Assembly: GCA_947631385.1 (NCBI GenBank)
Contig: CANRLE010000001.1
Coordinates: forward strand, 847 to 64,846
Origin: an uncultured Clostridia bacterium
Lineage (GTDB): Bacteria; Bacillota; Clostridia; TANB77; CAG-508
Direction: 5' to 3'
Length of the DNA: 64,000 nucleotides
A program made the position numbers and the translations under genes. The notes beneath the pieces were generated by a model. It was given only the letters and a program-made list of their open reading frames with translations. It was not told where the DNA came from and ran no database searches. Shown here one piece after another: positions 1-10,211 of the stretch; the stretch's first letter is position 1; each line of letters opens with the position of its first letter.

Positions 1-885
1 AATAAAATAGAATCTGGTGTTATTATTAGTATTTTTATTGTTGTTATTACACTAATTGTTTATTATGTTTGTCATGCTCTACAACTAGGAACATTATCTA
101 TTGTAATTGCACTTATTTTCTCAATAGTTTCTGCCTGGGGTTCCTATTATTACAGCGATAAAATTGTACTATCAATAAATAAGGCCAGACCTGCTACAAA
201 AGAAGAAGATTTAAAACTTGTAAACATTTTAGATGCTTTAATGGTAACATCTGGTTTATCAACAAAGCCTAGATTATATGTAGTAGATGACCCACAGCCT
301 AATGCTTTTGCTACTGGAAGAAACCCAGAAAATGCTGTAATTTGTGTAACTACTGGACTTTTAGAAAAATTAGATTATTATGAACTAGAAGGTGTTGTTG
401 CACATGAATTAAGTCATATTAAAAATTACGATATTCGCCTTAGTTGTGTTGTTTCAGTTATGGTTGGATTTATTGTTATGATATCTGATATGTTTTCTAG
501 AATTCTATTTTGGGGAGGTCTAGATGATGATAGAGATAATGATAATAATGGCAATGCAATTTTAATGGTAATTGGTCTAATTTTTTTAATATTATCTCCT
601 ATTTTTGGCTCTTTAATGCAACTTGCTCTTTCAAGGAGAAGAGAATTTTTAGCTGATAGTACAGCAGTTGAGTTTACTCGTAATCCTGATGGATTAATTT
701 CTGCATTACAAAAGTTAGACGCAGATGATAATCAATTAGCTACTGCCAATAGTGCAACAGCTAATATGTATATTGTAAATCCTTTTAAAACAAATACTAA
801 AGAAGGTAAGAAAAAATCTTCTAGTATCTGGTCTACTCACCCAAGTATCGAAGATAGAATTGAAGCTTTAAGAAATTTAAGATAA
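1..885 (+). CDS. htpX: Zinc metalloprotease HtpX (M48 family), 5'-partial. The reading frame is open from nt 1, and the ORF track's start at 241 is internal.
   Basis: HEXXH motif (HELSHIKNYD), several TM segments, and a C-terminal region typical of HtpX. Frame 1 has no stop from position 1. Confidence 0.8.
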   Translation, partial: NKIESGVIISIFIVVITLIVYYVCHALQLGTLSIVIALIFSIVSAWGSYYYSDKIVLSINKARPATKEEDLKLVNILDALMVTSGLSTKPRLYVVDDPQPNAFATGRNPENAVICVTTGLLEKLDYYELEGVVAHELSHIKNYDIRLSCVVSVMVGFIVMISDMFSRILFWGGLDDDRDNDNNGNAILMVIGLIFLILSPIFGSLMQLALSRRREFLADSTAVEFTRNPDGLISALQKLDADDNQLATANSATANMYIVNPFKTNTKEGKKKSSSIWSTHPSIEDRIEALRNLR

Positions 886-893
886 AAATTATA

Positions 894-931
894 AAAAGAA
901 ACATTTAGTTTATAATGTTTCTTTTTGATTT
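894..931. terminator. Hairpin (aaagaaacat...atgtttcttt) followed by a T-run, lying between convergent htpX and tatD.
   Basis: 10-bp inverted repeat plus ttttgattt. It overlaps the tatD stop codon. Confidence 0.45.
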
Positions 932-1704
932 ATATTAAATATTTTTTCTGCATTTTGATAAGTTATTTTTGCAATATCTTCTAGCTTCATTTGTTTTACA
1001 TCTGCAATTTTTTGCGCGATATATATAACATTTCTAGAATCATTCCTTTTTCCTCGAAAAGGTTCTGGAGATAGATATGGACTATCTGTTTCAATTAAAA
1101 TTTTATCATCTGGAACCATATTAATAATTTCATCTGCATTTTTAGAATTTTTAAATGTAATAGGACCTGCAAAAGAAATATAAAATCCTAGCTTTAATGC
1201 CTCCTTTACTAATTCTCGATTAAGAGGACAGCAATGAAAAACTCCTTTTTGTTCAACTATATGTTCTTTTAGAATTTGGATTGTATCCATAACCGCTTCT
1301 CTTGTATGAATAACAATTGGCAATTTTAATTCATTAGCTAGTTCAATTTGTTTAAAAAAAGCCATCTTTTGCAATTCTTTGTTATTTTGATTCCAATAAT
1401 AATCTAAACCAATTTCTCCAATAGCCACATTTTTTTTATTTAATTGTGCTATTTCTTTTATTTCTTCTAACATATTCCACAATTCTTCTTCATTTTGTGG
1501 AATATCATTTGGAGAAATACCACATGTAGAATAAATAAAATCATAATTATTTGATAAGTCTTGTGCCATTTTAGAGCCTTCTAAACTGTAACCTGCTGAA
1601 ACTAGTTTAGTAACTCCAGATTTTTTTATCTGCTCAATAATTTCTTCTCTATCCTCATTAAATTTTTCATCATCTAAATGTGCATGACTATCAAAAAATT
1701 CCAT
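910..1704 (-). CDS. tatD: TatD-family metal-dependent hydrolase/DNase.
   Basis: N-terminal MEFFDSHAHLDDEKF motif and the overall TatD pattern of His/Asp/Glu metal ligands. Confidence 0.85.
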   Translation of the reverse strand: MEFFDSHAHLDDEKFNEDREEIIEQIKKSGVTKLVSAGYSLEGSKMAQDLSNNYDFIYSTCGISPNDIPQNEEELWNMLEEIKEIAQLNKKNVAIGEIGLDYYWNQNNKELQKMAFFKQIELANELKLPIVIHTREAVMDTIQILKEHIVEQKGVFHCCPLNRELVKEALKLGFYISFAGPITFKNSKNADEIINMVPDDKILIETDSPYLSPEPFRGKRNDSRNVIYIAQKIADVKQMKLEDIAKITYQNAEKIFNINQKETL

Positions 1705-1713
1705 GCTAGCCTC

Positions 1714-2094
1714 CTATTTCTTTAATGCAGTTACATTAGCTACTGCATATTCTTTACAATGTGATATACTTAAATCTATATTTTCTATATTATCTAGATT
1801 TACTTTTAATATTTTCAATTGTGGTCTACCTTGTTCATCATTAATTATTTGAATATCTTTCCATGTGATAGAATATTTATCTTTTATTTGTTCTGAAAGT
1901 GCTTTAAATGCCGCTTCTTTAGCGGCAAATCTAGCAGCATAATGCTGATACTTTTGATTTTTTTTACTTTCACAATAGATAATCTCTTCAGGAGTAAATA
2001 CTCTTTCTATAAATGTTTTCCCTGTTTTTGGGTCTTCTATACTATTTTTAATTCTTTCTATTTCAATAATATCTGTACCACAACAAACTTTCAT
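1714..2094 (-). CDS. acpS: Holo-[acyl-carrier-protein] synthase (4'-phosphopantetheinyl transferase).
   Basis: 126 aa; N-terminal GTDIIEIERI motif characteristic of AcpS. Confidence 0.85.
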   Translation of the reverse strand: MKVCCGTDIIEIERIKNSIEDPKTGKTFIERVFTPEEIIYCESKKNQKYQHYAARFAAKEAAFKALSEQIKDKYSITWKDIQIINDEQGRPQLKILKVNLDNIENIDLSISHCKEYAVANVTALKK

Positions 2095-2106
2095 GATATT
2101 CCCCTT

Positions 2107-3345
2107 TTACCATTCCTTTTTAATGAACATTACTAAATTTAACAGATTAATGACAAGTGATACTAATAAAATAACTGCTGTAATAATTGTAAATTTTCTA
2201 TCTTTCTCTATATTTAATTCTTTATACAAAATATCATATTTACTTTTTACTTCAGCATATAATTTATCCAACTCTAAAACATCTTGTAATTTATCATTTA
2301 ATAATGTGCCTGTTTCATCATCTGTAATTTCTTGTATCCATAAGTTTTTAGTAAAATCAACGAATTTTTTTCTTGCTCTTTTTATTTTGGTAATATCTTT
2401 GAATTCTAATTCAATTTTCTTTAAATAGATTTTTTTATACAAATTAAATAAATATGTATATAAATATTGGTTTTCATATTCTTCTGGGAGTATTGTATAA
2501 TTGTTCATATCTTTACTAGAAGAAAATAATGTCATTGCTAATTTAGTTAACCCTAATTTAGCATATTTCCATTTAGAAAATGTTTCTATCTTTTCATATT
2601 CATAATCTCTATTATTATCTGCTGGTAAAATGTTTGCATATTTGATAAAATGATATTGTATTTTATCAAAATTATTAACACTATTCCATGCCTCTTGGTC
2701 AATACACACATATGAATATGTTAAAAATCTTTCTGTATCTATATTCAATTTTGTTGCTTCAAAATTTGAACCAGTAATGTTATAAATAAATTCTCTAAAA
2801 GTTTTGGTGTCAGCAAAACTATCTGTTTGAATTCGAATATTATCATAATTCTCCAAATTTGCTAACTCATTATTTATATCTTTAAATTTGTAATTAAAAT
2901 TTAATACATTTGAGAAATCAGAATAATCCCCTATGTTTGTTTTCATTAATAAAAAGCAAATTCCTGTATTAAAACATACTATTTCTATTTTTTGTATATT
3001 GAAAAAGATGCCACTATTATGTTCTAATTTTCCTTGTATATCCTTTTGTAATTGATATTCAAAAATATTACATGGATTTTTGGCAAGGATAGCTGCTCTC
3101 GTTTCAATTGGTAATTCTTCTAGTTTTCGTATTTTATTGCTACCGTAACTAAAACTAGAAAATAAAAATTCTCTAATTTTAGGCAAAAAGTATTTATATA
3201 ATTTCAAGTCTTTTTCCTTTTGAAATACTTTAAGATTACAATTTTGGTCTCTTAGCATTTTCATTAAATACCTTTGATATTTTCCTTCTCTTATGACATA
3301 TGGATGTATAAAATAAGTGTATTGATAGTTCGTCTTTAGTTCCAT
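2107..3345 (-). CDS. Hypothetical 412-aa protein with a single C-terminal transmembrane segment (tail-anchored).
   Basis: Long ORF with coding-like composition. Hydrophobic C-terminus IITAVILLVSLVINLLNLVMFI. No family recognised. Confidence 0.5.
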   Translation of the reverse strand: MELKTNYQYTYFIHPYVIREGKYQRYLMKMLRDQNCNLKVFQKEKDLKLYKYFLPKIREFLFSSFSYGSNKIRKLEELPIETRAAILAKNPCNIFEYQLQKDIQGKLEHNSGIFFNIQKIEIVCFNTGICFLLMKTNIGDYSDFSNVLNFNYKFKDINNELANLENYDNIRIQTDSFADTKTFREFIYNITGSNFEATKLNIDTERFLTYSYVCIDQEAWNSVNNFDKIQYHFIKYANILPADNNRDYEYEKIETFSKWKYAKLGLTKLAMTLFSSSKDMNNYTILPEEYENQYLYTYLFNLYKKIYLKKIELEFKDITKIKRARKKFVDFTKNLWIQEITDDETGTLLNDKLQDVLELDKLYAEVKSKYDILYKELNIEKDRKFTIITAVILLVSLVINLLNLVMFIKKEW

Positions 3346-3358
3346 TTTTAACCCTTCC

Positions 3359-4930
3359 TTATAATTTATTATAATAATTCATATTTATATCTTTTCCTAA
3401 ATGCCATCTTCCAATAAAATCAATTTTCAAATAGTCTTCTAAATCGTATGTTGGTTCTTGTACAACCTTTCCTTTCTCATCAATTGAACCCCATTTTCCA
3501 TCTTTTTTTATTCCAGCATATCCATAACTGTTCTGATCTGTTACATCATCATATTGATAGTCTACAACAACTTTTCCATTTTTATCAACAAATCCGTATT
3601 TTCCATCTTTTTTGCTCTTGAATAAAGTGTTACTAGTTTGAATATCAGTTACTTTCTTTTCTTCAAATTTGAAATTGTAATACTTATACTCTTCTCCTTG
3701 TTTTAATTCTATATATCCTTTTTCATCATTTAAATCTATTAAAAGTCCTGTTTGACGAACATTAAATGCATTGTCAATTATATCATTGTTATAGTCTTCT
3801 TTTTCTGCTAAGTAAATATCTGCTTTTTCATTATATGAAATAGCTGTGTAGTTAGCTTCCATTTTGCTATTTTTTTGTATATCTATTATTCCATATTTTC
3901 CATCTTGCTTTGCAATTAAAATTCCTGTTTTAGCTTCTTTTAAATCCTCATAACTTGGCTCAATAATTACTTCTCCTAATAAATTCATCACGCCATATTT
4001 TCCACCAGCAGTATAAATAATTCCACTATCTGCATTTTTTAATATAGCTTTTATTTCATCAAATCCTTCTGTTAACAGCTCTTGTCCACCTTTTTTTACT
4101 AATAGTTCTTTTCCTTCTTGTTTTACAACATATGTATCATTTCCATATACTTTTTCTATACCATCATATTTTGCTTCTAAAATTATTTGGTTAGAATAAT
4201 CAACTATTCCGTATTTTTCATTTTCGCCTTTAACTATAAAGCCACTTTTATCGTCTTTTCCTAAATTTGAGATGTCATAATATTCAGGAGCAATAACTTG
4301 TTTTCCTTCATTATTAAGAACTCCATATTTTCCGTCTTTTTTTACTTTTAATGCATTTTCTATTCCTTCAATTGCTGTTATTTCTTCATATTGGCAACTT
4401 GCTAATTCTTTTCCTGATAAGTTTATTAAACCTTTTTTTCCATCTTTTTCTACTTTTAAAACATTTTCTTCATACCAAATATTATTATTTATGTCATGAT
4501 TAGAAATAGCTTCAATTTGCTCATATTGTGTAAAAATTTCTTCATTTTTACTATTCAATGCTTTTGTTTTGTATGTTCCTGTTTCATAATCTACATCATA
4601 AACACATAAAAATACATCATTTTTGCTACTTGGTACAATAATCATCTCTGAATAAGAAGGGTCTATTATTATATTTCCACTTGAATCTATAACCCCCCAT
4701 TTGTTGTTTTGAAATATTGCTGCATAATCTTTGCTTGATATTTTTGTCTGTGCTTTTTCTTTGGTTAAGATTCCTTGTATTATGAATACAAACATGATAA
4801 CTACTATAATAGCTATGATGAATGCTAATACCTTTTTAAAGTTTAATTTTGGCTCTTCGTATCTTTTTCCTTTGCCCATTTTAGCCCTCCTCTTTTCCCA
4901 TAATATATCATAAAAAGACATTTGTTTCAA
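3359..4930 (-). CDS. WG-repeat (KWG/WG_beta_rep) protein with an N-terminal membrane anchor.
   Basis: At least seven repeats of the form GKYG[VI]xDxxGxxVIxPxYDxI, plus an N-terminal TM segment. Confidence 0.75.
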   Translation of the reverse strand: MKQMSFYDILWEKRRAKMGKGKRYEEPKLNFKKVLAFIIAIIVVIMFVFIIQGILTKEKAQTKISSKDYAAIFQNNKWGVIDSSGNIIIDPSYSEMIIVPSSKNDVFLCVYDVDYETGTYKTKALNSKNEEIFTQYEQIEAISNHDINNNIWYEENVLKVEKDGKKGLINLSGKELASCQYEEITAIEGIENALKVKKDGKYGVLNNEGKQVIAPEYYDISNLGKDDKSGFIVKGENEKYGIVDYSNQIILEAKYDGIEKVYGNDTYVVKQEGKELLVKKGGQELLTEGFDEIKAILKNADSGIIYTAGGKYGVMNLLGEVIIEPSYEDLKEAKTGILIAKQDGKYGIIDIQKNSKMEANYTAISYNEKADIYLAEKEDYNNDIIDNAFNVRQTGLLIDLNDEKGYIELKQGEEYKYYNFKFEEKKVTDIQTSNTLFKSKKDGKYGFVDKNGKVVVDYQYDDVTDQNSYGYAGIKKDGKWGSIDEKGKVVQEPTYDLEDYLKIDFIGRWHLGKDINMNYYNKL

Positions 4931-5003
4931 TAGAAAAAATCAAACTTCACAAAATAATAATCCCACTGCATAACAATTGTAATACAGTGGGAAAAATTAT
5001 TTT

Positions 5004-6011
5004 TTATTTTATTGCCTGTTTTGCATATTTATTATTAATAATTTTTTCATATGGTGCACTCTGCTTTAATTCTCCTGCTAATGTCATAACTTCTTCTAGT
5101 CTATTATAAGATTCTTCTTTTAGAACTGGAGTATCATTCCATGCATCAATATCTTTATAGTTTTGAATTACAGTTGCCAATAGTTCTACATCCGTATCTG
5201 GGAAAAAACTTTGAATTGCTTCTGCAATTTCTTTTGAACTATGTTCTTTGACCCATTGTTGTCCTTTATAAATGGCATTTGTAAATTTTTGTATAGTATC
5301 TTCGTTTTGCTCAATATAACTTTTCTTAGCAAAATATGCTGTATAAGGAATTTCACCAGCAGCCTCACCAACAGATGCTACTACATATCCTTTGCCCTGA
5401 TTTTCTGTCATAGATGCTGTTGGTTCAAATAATGTTACATAGTCTGCATTACCACTTGCAAAAGCACCTGCCATTAAATCAAATTTGATACTATCATCTA
5501 ATACAGCATCAGTTTGTGGATTAATACCATTTTTCTTCAACACATATTCTAATGTCATATATGGTACTCCACCTTTTCTTCCCGGAATAATAGTTTTTCC
5601 TTTTAAATCTTGCCAGCTAAAATTATCTGTTTTATGTCTGGCTACTAAAAATGAACCATCTTTTTTAGTCATTTGTGCAAATACTTGTGTATAATCTTCT
5701 TTTCCTTCATTGTAAACATAGATAGATGCTTCTGGACCAGCAAATCCTATTTCACATTGATTTGCCAAAACTGCTGTCATAACTGCATCTGCTCCCTGCC
5801 CTGTGGTAAGTTCTATATTCATTCCATTTTCTTTGAAATAGCCATTGTTAATTGCTACATATTGTGGAGCATAGAAAACAGAACGTGTTACTTCATTAAC
5901 TTGAATAGTTTTTAATTCTTCTTGGTTTTTATTTTGCTGATTTAAAATTATTCCTACTATACTAACTAAAACAGCAAGAACTATTATTGGTATAATAATT
6001 TTCTTTTTCAA
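5004..6011 (-). CDS. ABC transporter substrate-binding protein (NMT1/SsuA/TauA-like, aliphatic sulfonate/nitrate/taurine family).
   Basis: Signal peptide or lipoprotein-like N-terminus. Adjacent to an SsuC-like permease and an SsuB-like ATPase. Confidence 0.8.
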   Translation of the reverse strand: MKKKIIIPIIVLAVLVSIVGIILNQQNKNQEELKTIQVNEVTRSVFYAPQYVAINNGYFKENGMNIELTTGQGADAVMTAVLANQCEIGFAGPEASIYVYNEGKEDYTQVFAQMTKKDGSFLVARHKTDNFSWQDLKGKTIIPGRKGGVPYMTLEYVLKKNGINPQTDAVLDDSIKFDLMAGAFASGNADYVTLFEPTASMTENQGKGYVVASVGEAAGEIPYTAYFAKKSYIEQNEDTIQKFTNAIYKGQQWVKEHSSKEIAEAIQSFFPDTDVELLATVIQNYKDIDAWNDTPVLKEESYNRLEEVMTLAGELKQSAPYEKIINNKYAKQAIK

Positions 6012-6023
6012 AATTTTTCCTCC

Positions 6024-6840
6024 TTATCTAAATTTTTTTGAATGTAGGATAAATTTTTCTAATACTAATACTGCCGCATACATAACACCTGCCACTATTC
6101 CTAGAATAATAACACTCGTCATAACCAAATCTAATTTAAATACTTGACCTCCATATACAATAAGATAGCCAAGACCTGCCTTTGATACTAAAAATTCTCC
6201 TGATATTACACCAACTAGTGAAAGTCCTATGTTTACTTTCAAAGAGTTGATAAATGTAGATAAATTAGCAGGTATTACAATTTTGGTTAAAATTTGCCAT
6301 TTTGAAGCTCTAAATGTTCTTGCCATTTTTATAACTTCTTTATCTGTTTTTAAAAATCCATTTAAATTTTCTAGAATAGTTACAATTAAAGAAATAGCAA
6401 CTGCCATTACTATGATAGCTGGTGTTCCTGCTCCTACCCATATTATTATGACTGGTCCGCAATGCTACTTTAGGCAAACTATTCAATACTACTAGATAAG
6501 GTTCTGCTACTTTTGAGAGAAAATCTGACCACCATAAAATTATTGCAATCAATATTCCAAGTCCTGTTCCTAATAAAAATCCTACTATGGTTTCATAAAT
6601 AGTAACTCCCATGTGTTTAATCAAGTCATTAGAACTTAAATTCATAAAAGTTGCCCATATTCTACTCGGTTGGCTCATGATGAAACTATCTATTATTTTT
6701 CGATCAGCCAATACCTCCCATATTACCAAAAAACCTACTAATATTGCTATTTGTGTCAAACATATTAGACATTGTTTTTGTCTTTTACTTTTTAAATATT
6801 GTTTTCGTTCTTTTGATATTTGTCTATTCATCAACTCCAA
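6024..6840 (-). CDS. ABC transporter permease (SsuC/TauC/NitT family). The frame is interrupted by one extra base at +6459 (minus-strand TTG-C-GGA). Skipping the C restores PKVAL-GPVIIIWVGAGTPAIIVMAVAIS.
   Basis: Two overlapping ORFs (6340-6840 and 6024-6407) together cover one permease. The conserved EAA-region is contiguous once the C is skipped. Confidence 0.75.
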
Positions 6841-7609
6841 GCTCCTTCCATAATGTATTAAAATATTGGCTAAATTTAGGACTTTCTCGGCAGTTTAATG
6901 GATTTCGATTTTCAATATTAAATTCAATTTTATGGATGTCTTTTACACTTCCCGGTCTTGCATTTAATACAATAACTCTATCTGACATACTAATTGCTTC
7001 AGAAATATCGTGTGTTACCATTATTGTAGTAATATGTTCTTCTCGCAAAATATTATAGATATCATTTGTTACCATTATTCTAGTTTGATAATCTAAAGCT
7101 GAAAAGGCTTCATCTAATAGTAGAATTTTTGGTTTAACTGCTAATGTTCTAATAAGTGCTGCTCTTTGCCTCATTCCTCCAGATAATTCTGATGGATATT
7201 TGTCCTTAAAGTCATATAAGTCATATTTTTTTAGTAATTCTTCTACATATGCTTTTGTTTCTTTGTTTTTGTTTCTTTTTATGTCTAACCCAAACATTGT
7301 ATTGCTTAAAATATTTCTCCATTCTAACAGACAATCTCTTTGTAACATATATCCTACTTTTGGCGAGATTCCTTCTACTTTTTCTCCTTCTATGTAAATC
7401 TCACCTGATGTTTTGTCTTCTAAACCTGCTATTATAGAAAGTAATGTTGATTTTCCACACCCACTTGGACCTATAATACTGACAAATTCTCCCTTTTCTA
7501 CTTTAAATGTAATATTTTTAAGTGCTAGTATTTCGCCTTCTTTACTTTGGTATTTTTTGCTTATATTTTTTACTTCTAGTATTTTTTCCATTATCTTCCT
7601 CCTTGTCAT
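6824..7609 (-). CDS. ABC transporter ATP-binding protein (SsuB/TauB-like).
   Basis: Walker A GPSGCGKST, signature LSGGMRQR, Walker B LLLDE. Confidence 0.85.
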   Translation of the reverse strand: MTRRKIMEKILEVKNISKKYQSKEGEILALKNITFKVEKGEFVSIIGPSGCGKSTLLSIIAGLEDKTSGEIYIEGEKVEGISPKVGYMLQRDCLLEWRNILSNTMFGLDIKRNKNKETKAYVEELLKKYDLYDFKDKYPSELSGGMRQRAALIRTLAVKPKILLLDEAFSALDYQTRIMVTNDIYNILREEHITTIMVTHDISEAISMSDRVIVLNARPGSVKDIHKIEFNIENRNPLNCRESPKFSQYFNTLWKELGVDE

Positions 7610-7659
7610 TTATCCTATTGTATTTTATGTTAAATTACCAAAAAAAGTGCGAAAATTGT

Positions 7660-8682
7660 TTAACCAGCTATTGCCAACTTGTTTTTTATTTGCTCTAGTT
7701 CTTCTCTTTTTATTCCTGTCGTTTCTAAAATAATTTCATCATCCAATTTTTTTACTAACATTTTTTGAGCAATTTTTTTCTGGCTTGCTTTTTCTCCCTG
7801 CTCTTTTCCTTGTTTTATCATTCTTCTATTTTCTGCTAACAATCTATCATATAAAGTACTCATTCCTTTTTCACCTACCTTTCTATGGATTTTTTCCAAT
7901 AAATCTAGCTGTTCTTCATCTTTTAACAAGTTATCAAGCAAATAAGTTACAATACTTGCAAGTTCGTCTAGCATGCCTCTATCTGTTACTGTTTGAATTA
8001 ATAAATTTAAATTTTCTAACAATTGTTCCTTATTTTCTGACTTTTCAATTAGCATAATATAGCTAAACATTGTATTTCTTTGCAATAATGTTCGTTTTGA
8101 AATCTTATTAATATCAATAAAATTATATTCCAAATCAATTTTATATCTTTCAAATACATAACTACTAATTTGTTTTTCCTTAAAATTTTTAGGAAGATTC
8201 CATTTTTGATTTCCTGTATATATAACAACTGGAACAACAATAGGGTACCTTGTGTTTCTTCCTATTTTCTTATTTCTGCCCCATTCTTGCATTATATCAA
8301 TGCAGTAATTCAACAAACGATATGGCATCTTATTATCTATTGTTGATTGATGTTCGATTAAAAAAAATACCTCTTGATCTTTTAATTGATATACTAAATC
8401 AGCCTCTTTTGATTTGTACTTTCTAGTAATATAATTATTAGTATAATGTATCAAATCTTCTGATTTTATAGGTTCCCTTGGTTCTAGAAATTGATTAATA
8501 AATTTTTCGGCTTCCGTTGTATCTCTTAATATGTTTTTTATTAAAGCATCATGTGAATATTTTTTATTTGAATTTTCTAAATTATATTCAGCATTTCTCT
8601 CTGCTAATTGTAAAACTGCATTTAGTCTTAATGTGTGAATGCATTTAATATACTGTGAATAATTGAAAACTTTCACTATCAT
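7660..8682 (-). CDS. Rpn-family recombination-promoting nuclease / putative transposase (PD-(D/E)XK_1 domain plus DUF4351-like C-terminus).
   Basis: FFLIEHQSTIDNKMPYRLL core motif. Paralog of the gene at 57626-58825. Confidence 0.65.
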   Translation of the reverse strand: MIVKVFNYSQYIKCIHTLRLNAVLQLAERNAEYNLENSNKKYSHDALIKNILRDTTEAEKFINQFLEPREPIKSEDLIHYTNNYITRKYKSKEADLVYQLKDQEVFFLIEHQSTIDNKMPYRLLNYCIDIMQEWGRNKKIGRNTRYPIVVPVVIYTGNQKWNLPKNFKEKQISSYVFERYKIDLEYNFIDINKISKRTLLQRNTMFSYIMLIEKSENKEQLLENLNLLIQTVTDRGMLDELASIVTYLLDNLLKDEEQLDLLEKIHRKVGEKGMSTLYDRLLAENRRMIKQGKEQGEKASQKKIAQKMLVKKLDDEIILETTGIKREELEQIKNKLAIAG

Positions 8683-8879
8683 TCCTCCTATATTTTAACT
8701 TATTTTTATTTATGTGTCAACATTTATTTCATAGTGCGTTTTTTGTGTGGATATTTTTAGATTTAAATTGAACAAATATTGCTTTGAATATAAAATTTAT
8801 TGTATTAAAGCACGAAAAAAGAAGATTTTCAATACTTTCTACAAATCTTCTTATTTTTCGTCATAACTTCTTATTTTTT

Positions 8880-9401
8880 TTAATCAAAATAACTACTAAT
8901 TTCTTCTAATCCTTCAAAATTTTTATGCCTAAATACCTCATATAATATTATATTAACAGAATTAGAAAGATTTAATGATCTTAAACTTTCTCTCATTGGT
9001 ATTCTAATGGTTTTATCAAGATATTTTTGTAATAAATCTTCTGGCAATCCTTTTGTTTCTTTTCCAAATAATAAAAATATGTCATTCATACTTTCATAAT
9101 TAGGTTCTGAATATACGTGCTTTCCTTTAGTTGTAGCAAAAAACATATGGTTTTCTTCTGGTTTATATTTTTCTAAAAACATTTCTAATGACTCATGTTC
9201 TTCTATATCTACTTTATCCCAATAATCTAGACCTGCTCTTCTTACAGCTTTTTCAGATATGTCAAATCCTAATGGATGAACTAAATGCAATTTTGCACCT
9301 GTAGCTGCACAGGTTCTTGCTATATTTCCTGTATTTTGTGGTATTTCTGGTTCGACCATAACTACATGTATTTTCACTTTTCTTCCTTCTTTCAATTTCA
9401 T
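8880..9401 (-). CDS. trmL: tRNA (cytidine34/U34-2'-O)-methyltransferase TrmL (SpoU family).
   Basis: 173 aa; MVEPEIPQNTGNIARTCAATGAKLHLV motif. Confidence 0.8.
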   Translation of the reverse strand: MKLKEGRKVKIHVVMVEPEIPQNTGNIARTCAATGAKLHLVHPLGFDISEKAVRRAGLDYWDKVDIEEHESLEMFLEKYKPEENHMFFATTKGKHVYSEPNYESMNDIFLLFGKETKGLPEDLLQKYLDKTIRIPMRESLRSLNLSNSVNIILYEVFRHKNFEGLEEISSYFD

Positions 9402-10195
9402 TTATTTGCGTTGATTTTTTTTCTAACATATTCATATAAAATAATTCCAGTAGCAACAGATGCATTTAGACTTTCGGTTTTTCCAAGCATAGGTATCTTT
9501 ATTTTTTCATCTGCCATTACTTGTATTTTTTCCTCTACACCATTAGCTTCATTTCCAATAATAATCACTTTTTTGTTATAATCAATATCATAAATTGTAT
9601 TATCTGTTTGCAAAGAAGATACAACAATTTTAAATTTATGCTTTTTAATTTCTTTTAAAACTTTTTCTAAGTCTTCACATTCTATAATTTTTACTCGAAA
9701 TATTGCACCCATAGTTGAACGCACTACTTTTGGATTATAAATATCTGCTGTCCCTTTTGATACTAATATTTGTGTTAATCCTACACTATCAACAGTCCTT
9801 AAAATGGTTCCTAAATTTCCCGGATCTTGTACATCATCTAAAGCAACTATAATGTCTTGCGAATAATCAATGTCTTGTGTTTGACTATTTTTCTTCAAAA
9901 CGGCTAAAATTCCTTGTGGTGATTGCACTTCTGATAAATATTTGAATATCTTTTCTGTAACATAAATACAATCATATTTTGCAATTTCATACATTAAATC
10001 CTTTGGAATTGCCTCATTCTTTTCACAATCATCACACAAAACAATATATTTAATTGGTGCTTCTTCATGAATTGCCTCTGCAACTAATTTTATTCCTTCT
10101 ATCATATACTCATTACTGATATCTCTATATTTTTTATCTTTCAATTTTTTAATTTGCTTTATCAATTCATTTTCTTTGCTTGTAATCCTTTGCAT
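9398..10195 (-). CDS. rlmB: TrmH/SpoU-family RNA 2'-O-methyltransferase (RlmB-like).
   Basis: IIGNEANGV and SLNASVATGIILYE motifs. Overlaps trmL by 4 nt. Confidence 0.75.
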   Translation of the reverse strand: MQRITSKENELIKQIKKLKDKKYRDISNEYMIEGIKLVAEAIHEEAPIKYIVLCDDCEKNEAIPKDLMYEIAKYDCIYVTEKIFKYLSEVQSPQGILAVLKKNSQTQDIDYSQDIIVALDDVQDPGNLGTILRTVDSVGLTQILVSKGTADIYNPKVVRSTMGAIFRVKIIECEDLEKVLKEIKKHKFKIVVSSLQTDNTIYDIDYNKKVIIIGNEANGVEEKIQVMADEKIKIPMLGKTESLNASVATGIILYEYVRKKINANK

Positions 10196-10211
10196 TATTA
10201 TCTCCCTTCTA

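Noticed and set aside
7660-8682. The Rpn-family genes were considered as boundaries of a mobile element.
   Set aside because: No flanking inverted repeats or target-site duplications are visible, and the intervening 50 kb is core housekeeping genes. Rpn genes are usually chromosomal paralogs, not autonomous transposons.
9262-9581. Short ORFs (67 aa and 98 aa) overlap trmL and rlmB.
   Set aside because: They are fully embedded in well-supported genes on the same or opposite strand, with low-complexity translations and no RBS.
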